Positions 37,988 through 43,428 of a DNA stretch of 43,428 nt are shown here, in pieces (position 1 is the stretch's first letter; each line of letters opens with the position of its first letter). The position numbers and the translations under genes were made by a program. The notes under the pieces were generated by a model. That model had not been told where the DNA came from, did no database searches, and saw only the letters and a program-made list of their open reading frames with translations. The stretch comes from a virus. Lineage: Duplodnaviria; Caudoviricetes. The stretch spans positions 1 to 43,428 of the IMG/VR virus record IMGVR_UViG_3300005805_000154, one strand, 5' to 3'.

Positions 37988-38220
37988 ATTACTACGCCTG
38001 GTTTTTTGTATTTGCTGTAGTACTGTATTTAATTGCAACTGATGAAAGTGTCGCTGCTGCCTTTTATTATGTGTTTAAATTAATAAAATTTAATTATGAA
38101 AAGCAAAAGTGGTGGTTGCTGAACAATCCTGCAAACCCAATCGTAAAGTATTTAATGTGGAGAAAATCTTATAAACTTGCACAGGAACTTATCAATGAAA
38201 TGAAAAATAAAGAACATTAA
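37984..38220 (+). CDS. Small membrane protein
   Basis: Hydrophobic N-terminal helix. Confidence 0.65.
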   Translation: MNYYAWFFVFAVVLYLIATDESVAAAFYYVFKLIKFNYEKQKWWLLNNPANPIVKYLMWRKSYKLAQELINEMKNKEH

Positions 38221-38924
38221 AGTCCAAATCTTCCTTTATAAGCATTGTAGTTTGCTAAGATTTCAGACGCAGTTAGTACTCTGTTGTAAATTTTAAAAAC
38301 TGCTATACTACCATCAAAATATTCGGAATTGTCTAATCTGCCTATCTGTAAATTTGATGCATTTGCCAAATATTGACCACCAAACCCCCCCAAATTAAAT
38401 ACAACAACACCATTTTTATATATCCTCAATGATCTACCAGTTACAGTAGAATCAACAGTAAAGGTAACATTACACCAAGAATTTTCGGTTATTAAATTTC
38501 TTCCAACACTAGTTCCAGAATCATCTCCAATATAAGTAACGGAATTATAATACCATATTCTGTAAGAGTTAAAACCTTTATATACAATTGTATTGGTTGT
38601 TATTCCAGATGTATTTGCCTTTATCCAAATATCTATTGTAAAGTCTGCTGATCCAAAATCAGTCACTCCTGTAACATCTGGAACAGTTACATATTGATTA
38701 GTTCCATTGAATGCTAAAGAACCACCTTTAGCACCATCATTAGTTAAAAATGATGGTGAATTAACTAAAGTTCCGTTTTCTTTACTTCCAGCAATGTCAG
38801 TCCAAGTTGATCCTGACCCATTGTAACTGCCTCTTAATCCAGCATCCAAATTTAATACTAGTGCATCATTACCAGATAACGAATTTAAAAAACTTTCTTC
38901 TGTTGTGCCGATATAGTATCCCAT
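38217..38924 (-). CDS. LamG/concanavalin A-like protein
   Basis: LVLNLDAG..SY.GSGSTW.D, FNGTNQY and YNRVLTASEI.ANYNA.K.RFGL motifs. Confidence 0.88.
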   Translation of the reverse strand: MGYYIGTTEESFLNSLSGNDALVLNLDAGLRGSYNGSGSTWTDIAGSKENGTLVNSPSFLTNDGAKGGSLAFNGTNQYVTVPDVTGVTDFGSADFTIDIWIKANTSGITTNTIVYKGFNSYRIWYYNSVTYIGDDSGTSVGRNLITENSWCNVTFTVDSTVTGRSLRIYKNGVVVFNLGGFGGQYLANASNLQIGRLDNSEYFDGSIAVFKIYNRVLTASEILANYNAYKGRFGL

Positions 38925-38926
38925 TT

Positions 38927-39673
38927 TTATAACCCAAATTTTCCTTTGTAAGCATTATAGTTTGATAATACTTCAGATCCTGTCAATGCTTTCGTGTAAA
39001 TTCTAAAAACTGCAATCTTACCTTTAAAATATGATGAAGCATTTCCTGCTCTTCCAATATAGAGTGCAGAAAAATTAGCCATTGTTTGAGAAAATGAACT
39101 AAAACCACCAAAATTATAACTAGAACCATTTTTATAAAGATTGTAACCATAACCAAGAGAAGCAGGATTCCAATCAAGTGAATAAACGCAATGAGTCCAA
39201 CCAGAATCTAATAAAATATTAAGACCAGGACCAAAGTTAGTATTTTGATCGGAAATAGTAAAGTCTACTGTTTTATTTGTAGAATTAAATCCTATTGAAA
39301 ATGGTATTCTAGAGTCATTATTTGATTTATCAAATACTTTTGCAGTTGTTGCATCGGAATCATATTTAATCCAAAACTCTAATGAAAAATCTTGACGATC
39401 TAAATCAGTTACACCCGTAACATCTGGAACAGTTGCATATTGATCAGTCCCATTAAAAGAAAAACAACCACCTTTAGCATCATCAGTCACAAAGGAAGGG
39501 GAGTTGAAAAGAGTTGCGTTCTGAGCAGTTCCCGCAAGGTCATTCCAAGTTGATCCTGATCCACTATAACTACTTCTCAGACCAGCATCTAAATTTAATA
39601 CCAATTCCCCTGTTCCAGAACCAGGCAACGAATTTAATAAATCTGTTTCTTGAGTTCCCCAATAAACTCCCAT
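38927..39673 (-). CDS. LamG/concanavalin A-like protein (paralogue)
   Basis: Same motifs as the neighbouring gene; VPDVTGVTD is shared. Confidence 0.88.
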   Translation of the reverse strand: MGVYWGTQETDLLNSLPGSGTGELVLNLDAGLRSSYSGSGSTWNDLAGTAQNATLFNSPSFVTDDAKGGCFSFNGTDQYATVPDVTGVTDLDRQDFSLEFWIKYDSDATTAKVFDKSNNDSRIPFSIGFNSTNKTVDFTISDQNTNFGPGLNILLDSGWTHCVYSLDWNPASLGYGYNLYKNGSSYNFGGFSSFSQTMANFSALYIGRAGNASSYFKGKIAVFRIYTKALTGSEVLSNYNAYKGKFGL

Positions 39674-39697
39674 AACTTTTAATTATTGATTAACTAT

Positions 39698-39705
39698 TAT
39701 TTATT
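39698..39705 (-). promoter_or_regulatory. Late promoter for the LamG pair
   Basis: AATAAATA on the minus strand upstream of 39673. Confidence 0.6.
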
Positions 39706-39710
39706 TTTAC

Positions 39711-39739
39711 TTGACTGAATTTCGATTTAATGCTAGAAT
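39711..39739 (+). promoter_or_regulatory. Sigma70-type early promoter
   Basis: TTGACT-N17-TAGAAT with an extended TG. Confidence 0.75.
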
Positions 39740-39765
39740 TTAACAAATTATGGTCAACCTCATCA

Positions 39766-40038
39766 ATGAAACTGATCTCATTTAAACATCGTTATGATTA
39801 TGGTCATGACTGGTATGTCCAAATTTTATATACAAAGTATTGGGCATTGTTTCAAGGTTCTTTAAGTTGGAATGATTACGCTAGTTGGCCATACATTCAA
39901 ATCAAATCAGGAACTGGTAGTGTCTTGAATATTATATTCTGGGCATATAAGTTTGGGTTTGATATTGGTGTAATTGAACGCACCTGGAACTGGGATCGAT
40001 ATTTTGAAGATACTGAAGTAAATGAAGATGATCTTTAG
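39766..40038 (+). CDS. Trp/Tyr-rich hypothetical protein
   Basis: ATG 39766 is preferred because 39730 lies within the promoter. Confidence 0.65.
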   Translation: MKLISFKHRYDYGHDWYVQILYTKYWALFQGSLSWNDYASWPYIQIKSGTGSVLNIIFWAYKFGFDIGVIERTWNWDRYFEDTEVNEDDL

Positions 40039-40408
40039 CACACCAGTTAGAGGAACAGCAAACAAAAAAACTACCATGAACTGGTGGGAATATTGGATTG
40101 GACACTGCTGGATGACAGGATGGCAGAGTATGCGAATGACATTTCGTATCTGGGTTGATCTGATGACATCCAACTATGAGAACTATGCCCTGATGAAAGA
40201 AGATGATCCAGAAACGGAATGTGTGGAGTGGTTCTGGGCATCATTGAATGAAGATGATGTGTATCCCAAAGAGTTTCTAGAATACCTAATGCAAATGTGT
40301 GAGGACATTGAGTTAGGCAAGGTAGAGACATATCCCATGGATGAAGTAATGGATAGGGTACGTGCCAGTTTGGAAAGTGGCACAGACGATGATGAAATGA
40401 CTGATTGA
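40022..40408 (+). CDS. Hypothetical protein
   Basis: Trp-rich then acidic ORF within the early gene array. Confidence 0.7.
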   Translation: MKMIFSTPVRGTANKKTTMNWWEYWIGHCWMTGWQSMRMTFRIWVDLMTSNYENYALMKEDDPETECVEWFWASLNEDDVYPKEFLEYLMQMCEDIELGKVETYPMDEVMDRVRASLESGTDDDEMTD

Positions 40409-40419
40409 TCTACTATAAT
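40362..40419 (+). promoter_or_regulatory. Palindrome-plus-(-10) element, copy 2
   Basis: GTGCCAGTT-TGGA-AAGTGGCACA, 29 nt, then TATAAT. Confidence 0.6.
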
Positions 40420-40441
40420 AATCATGTTCTAAGAATTTATT

Positions 40442-40852
40442 ATGACTTACGAAGCTGAAGTAACATTCAAGTTCGATGCTACTTCCACTTACAATGCCTT
40501 CAATCCTGGATTTTATGATGATGAATCAATTCCTGAAGAGCATTATATTATCACGGCACCAGCAGCAGACCTGAATGCAAAGCAGTATTTCAAACTCTTT
40601 GAGAAGTTTATGTTGTGTGTGGGCATGAGTCCTGCAAATATTCGCAGTGGTGCAATGTCTTTGGTCTTTAATGACTGTGTGCTTGAGGAAGAACAGCGTA
40701 AGGTTTGTGCAGAGTATGAACTGACGATGGATGAAGACCTTGATAAGAAGTTTGAAGAATGGAAAGTCCGTGATGAAGAAATTGCACGATTGAGGAAAGC
40801 ACCTAAAGGTCCTATGGGAACTGTTGAAGAAAACAATGAAGAACCTACCTGA
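40442..40852 (+). CDS. Hypothetical protein
   Basis: 136-aa ORF downstream of a TATAAT box. Confidence 0.7.
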   Translation: MTYEAEVTFKFDATSTYNAFNPGFYDDESIPEEHYIITAPAADLNAKQYFKLFEKFMLCVGMSPANIRSGAMSLVFNDCVLEEEQRKVCAEYELTMDEDLDKKFEEWKVRDEEIARLRKAPKGPMGTVEENNEEPT

Positions 40853-41054
40853 TAAAGAGCAACTGGATAATATGTGGATAGTGGCAACCAGTGGCAGTAT
40901 TAAAACTGGCACAAGACCCCACTATGGATTCGCAGATCTACTGTACGATCATCTTACAGACACAAAACCCCAGGTGGAACTTGCCAATGACAATCTAAAC
41001 GGAAGAATTTCTGCTTCTCTGGAAGAATCTGTAAAACTTTGGGATGAAAAATGA
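40836..41054 (+). CDS. Small hypothetical protein
   Basis: ATG 40836 (or 40824); overlaps a promoter-like element; ATGA coupling to the next ORF. Confidence 0.55.
   Translation: MKNLPDKEQLDNMWIVATSGSIKTGTRPHYGFADLLYDHLTDTKPQVELANDNLNGRISASLEESVKLWDEK
40893..40949 (+). promoter_or_regulatory. Palindrome-plus-(-10) element, copy 3
   Basis: GGCAGTA-TTAA-AACTGGCACA, 30 nt, then TACGAT. Confidence 0.5.
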
Positions 41055-41551
41055 ACGAACTCTTTTCAGAACCTTATTATGGTTTCACCTATCCTATTCT
41101 TAGTGATGGGGTAGTCAAGACATTTATTCACAAGTCTTGTGTACCGAAAGCATTTATCCGTGATATGCTTTCTTATGCGGAGAACTTGATTGGTATTGAC
41201 TTTAAACTTGTAAAGAAACAGAAAAACGCAGAACTCAAGTTTTATGAGACACCAGTAATCGCAGATAATCCAGAGTATCTTGGTCTTGCTGTTCCTTATA
41301 TTTCCAGTATTGGTAATACTTGGAACCTTTATGTAAAATCATACACTGGTACATATCCAAAGCAGTGGGTTTATCTTCACGAGTTTGGTCACTTTATTGG
41401 AATGGAACACCCATTCGATGATACTGATGGTGATGTGTGGTATGGTGAAAGCACAAACGATACTGTGATGTCTTATAACTACCAACCAAGTCCTTATTGG
41501 TGGTTTAGGCAAGCAGATGTTGATACTATTACTGGTATGTGGGTCGGTTGA
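41051..41551 (+). CDS. Metzincin (matrixin-like) zinc metalloprotease
   Basis: HEFGHFIGMEH (HExxHxxGxxH) and Met-turn TVMSY. Confidence 0.88.
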   Translation: MNELFSEPYYGFTYPILSDGVVKTFIHKSCVPKAFIRDMLSYAENLIGIDFKLVKKQKNAELKFYETPVIADNPEYLGLAVPYISSIGNTWNLYVKSYTGTYPKQWVYLHEFGHFIGMEHPFDDTDGDVWYGESTNDTVMSYNYQPSPYWWFRQADVDTITGMWVG

Positions 41552-41599
41552 GAAACTGGCACAAGGGGTCTTCACGGAGACCCTTTTTTGGTCTATAAT
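41543..41599 (+). promoter_or_regulatory. Palindrome-plus-(-10) element, copy 4
   Basis: GTCGGTT-GAGA-AACTGGCACA, 30 nt, then TATAAT. Confidence 0.6.
41563..41589 (+). terminator. Intrinsic terminator after the protease gene
   Basis: GGGTCTT-CACG-GAGACCC followed by T6. Confidence 0.75.
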
Positions 41600-41620
41600 G
41601 ACTTCATACACAACAGATCA

Positions 41621-41815
41621 ATGACCTACGACGAACTCTACGAGCACATTGTCAACTACATTGCTCAACCACTGGATGACAAGCGTAAAGCATGTCTGAT
41701 CCTTGGTGCTGTGATGGAGTTCAATCTTGATTGTCTTGATGAAGGTGTAGATCCACGCACACTTGACATCACTGGTTTTGTGAATGAAAAACTTGATGAA
41801 CTGGAGGACAAATGA
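41621..41815 (+). CDS. Small hypothetical protein
   Basis: ATG 41621 (MTYDELYEH), downstream of the -10 box. Confidence 0.7.
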   Translation: MTYDELYEHIVNYIAQPLDDKRKACLILGAVMEFNLDCLDEGVDPRTLDITGFVNEKLDELEDK

Positions 41816-41994
41816 ACAATCAAACTAACATTGAAGCATCAGTATTTGCAGCAGTTGTAGGTATTGTTATTGTTGTACTTGCCTTTACAATCCTACACTT
41901 CCGCAATCCACAAATCGAAGCACAATGTCTTGCTAGAGGTGGGCAAGTAATTGCAACTCCTGGTCGTATTAGTTCTTGTCTTTATTCAAAATGA
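41812..41994 (+). CDS. Small membrane protein
   Basis: One TM helix, then C...GG...C; GGAGG RBS. Confidence 0.7.
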   Translation: MNNQTNIEASVFAAVVGIVIVVLAFTILHFRNPQIEAQCLARGGQVIATPGRISSCLYSK

Positions 41995-42245
41995 GATTTC
42001 GTAACATCGAGTTCCGTTGGAGTAAATGCAACAACAAATATGAACTTGTCAAGTGGTATACTCAAACTCACGGTGAAACTTGTTGTGTAGTTGCTTTCTT
42101 TGATAAAGACAAAGAAGGATACGATATGAGAACCATCGGAGATAGGTTCTTTGAGGACAAAGATGCCTGGGTTGTTGGTAAGTATGCTCTGGAGTTTCTA
42201 AATGCTATCTTTCAAATTGAACACGATGAAGAGGAACTAAAATGA
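41991..42245 (+). CDS. Small hypothetical protein
   Basis: MRFRNIEFRW start overlapping the upstream stop. Confidence 0.7.
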   Translation: MRFRNIEFRWSKCNNKYELVKWYTQTHGETCCVVAFFDKDKEGYDMRTIGDRFFEDKDAWVVGKYALEFLNAIFQIEHDEEELK

Positions 42246-42499
42246 CTAAAATCCAACTCAAAGCAGTCACAGTAACTTACACCCGAACTCTCACACTTGC
42301 TCCCACAACTGAAATGTTTGAGGACTGGGAGTATTATCCAGATCAAGAAGACTTTGAGAGTTTAGTGATTAATCAATTGTTTGATATAATCCATAATGAG
42401 ATGGGAGGACCTGCAAATCCTATGCCTTACACTGATGTAAAACAGTTTGAAACCGTTGAGATTGACTGGGAAGGTGATGAAGAGGAGGATGAAGAATGA
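42242..42499 (+). CDS. Small acidic hypothetical protein
   Basis: GAGGA RBS; ATGA overlap. Confidence 0.7.
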   Translation: MTKIQLKAVTVTYTRTLTLAPTTEMFEDWEYYPDQEDFESLVINQLFDIIHNEMGGPANPMPYTDVKQFETVEIDWEGDEEEDEE

Positions 42500-42735
42500 C
42501 TGAATTCTATGTGATTATGTTGAAGAGGCAGGATGGTAAGGTCTATGCTGATTTACACAAGACTGATCAGTTCATTTATCTCACAGAAGAAGATGCCTAT
42601 GAGGAATTGAATAATAAGGAAAAATTCAAAGAATACTATCAGGTCGTAAAACTTATTGCTTGTTTAGATGGGGAGATTAAACAATTTGATAAGGAAGATT
42701 TTGATTATCAAACTTACATAGAAGATTACAAATGA
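42496..42735 (+). CDS. Small hypothetical protein
   Basis: GGAGG RBS; ATGA overlap. Confidence 0.7.
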   Translation: MTEFYVIMLKRQDGKVYADLHKTDQFIYLTEEDAYEELNNKEKFKEYYQVVKLIACLDGEIKQFDKEDFDYQTYIEDYK

Positions 42736-42929
42736 CTACCAGAGCACAAAAAATCGTAGATGCCACGATGGAACTTACACTACGACCACAACAAGGAGAC
42801 AGAGCAAAGGTGATTGCTGCTGCTATTCGTGCTATTGTAAGTGATTATGAGAGTTGGGAAGATGGAACTTATATGGTAAAATCAAATGATATTCTTGAGA
42901 TTGCTGATGAACTGGAGGCACTCAAATGA
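42732..42929 (+). CDS. Small hypothetical protein
   Basis: ATGA overlap; MTTRAQKI...IADELEAL. Confidence 0.7.
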   Translation: MTTRAQKIVDATMELTLRPQQGDRAKVIAAAIRAIVSDYESWEDGTYMVKSNDILEIADELEALK

Positions 42930-43075
42930 TTGAAAACAAACAACTCGCAGAATATCTCAAAGAAGTTCTTAATCCTCCTGATAATGTAGAACTCTCTGTT
43001 TATGATGAAGATAATAATGAAAAGGATTTGTCTAATGGTATTGTAAATGTATGGATAGAGGAGATTAAAAAATGA
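42926..43075 (+). CDS. 49-aa hypothetical protein (not in the ORF track)
   Basis: GGAGG RBS; MIENKQLAEYLKEVLNPP...IEEIKK*; ATGA overlaps at both ends. Confidence 0.6.
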   Translation: MIENKQLAEYLKEVLNPPDNVELSVYDEDNNEKDLSNGIVNVWIEEIKK

Positions 43076-43227
43076 CTAAAACCCAATCAGCATTAGAACG
43101 AGTTATTATTGAACTTGATAGTTGGTGTGATAATTGGACTCCCACATCTTATAATGACCCTCGCATTAGTTTGAGACAGATTGCTGACCGTGCTCGTAAT
43201 GTTTTAGAACAGGAGAAAAATGACTGA
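43072..43227 (+). CDS. 51-aa hypothetical protein (not in the ORF track)
   Basis: GAGGAG RBS; MTKTQSALERVIIELDSW...EKND*. Confidence 0.6.
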   Translation: MTKTQSALERVIIELDSWCDNWTPTSYNDPRISLRQIADRARNVLEQEKND

Positions 43228-43428
43228 TATTGAAAAAACAGAAGCAGAAATAAAAGTATTACAAAAGAAACTTGACCTCCTCAAAGAGATTGAGACGCAT
43301 AAATCTCAACCAAGAATGGAGTTTAGTTTTGGTGGTAAGTTTGAGGTTGTCTCTTATAATGAGATGGTTTATTATCGTCTTGAATTTCCTGATGAATTTT
43401 ATTGGTATAAAAAAAAGTATTCTGATGA
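43220..43428 (+). CDS. Hypothetical protein, partial
   Basis: AGGAG RBS; MTDIEKTEAEIKVLQKKLDLLKEIE..., open to the window end. Confidence 0.6.
   Translation, partial: MTDIEKTEAEIKVLQKKLDLLKEIETHKSQPRMEFSFGGKFEVVSYNEMVYYRLEFPDEFYWYKKKYSD

Noticed and set aside
38217-39673. LamG pair as a diversity-generating retroelement template/variable repeat
   Set aside because: No reverse transcriptase is present in the window, the differences are not adenine-specific, and both copies are intact genes.
1-43428. Alternative genetic code (stop-codon reassignment)
   Set aside because: Core genes are full length under the standard code, and no suppressor tRNA was seen.

Overview
An AT-rich segment of a T4-like (Kyanoviridae-type) cyanophage, probably a freshwater Synechococcus/Cyanobium myovirus; the host is inferred from gene order and content. 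From left to right it carries: the end of an exonuclease gene, gp33, gp59, a DUF1825-like gene and gp32; a Mom-like DNA-modification gene; a baseplate/tail block (gp53, gp48, gp2, gp4, gp54-like, gp26, gp51, two tape-measure-like paralogues of which one has lysozyme-like and M23 domains, a gp27-like hub and a split gp5); large fibre genes (beta-helix proteins, a G-X-Q collagen fibre, an S74 chaperone and a Gly-rich adhesin); three tRNAs; an SF2 helicase; two LamG genes; and a run of small early ORFs. The top finding is that the 1765-aa virion protein (15917-21214) contains three repeats that by eye resemble phycobiliprotein beta subunits, including both bilin-attachment Cys positions. Also notable are a candidate -1 frameshift joining gp26 to gp51 and a recurring palindrome placed 29-30 nt upstream of -10 boxes. 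All calls come from manual motif recognition; no database searches were run.
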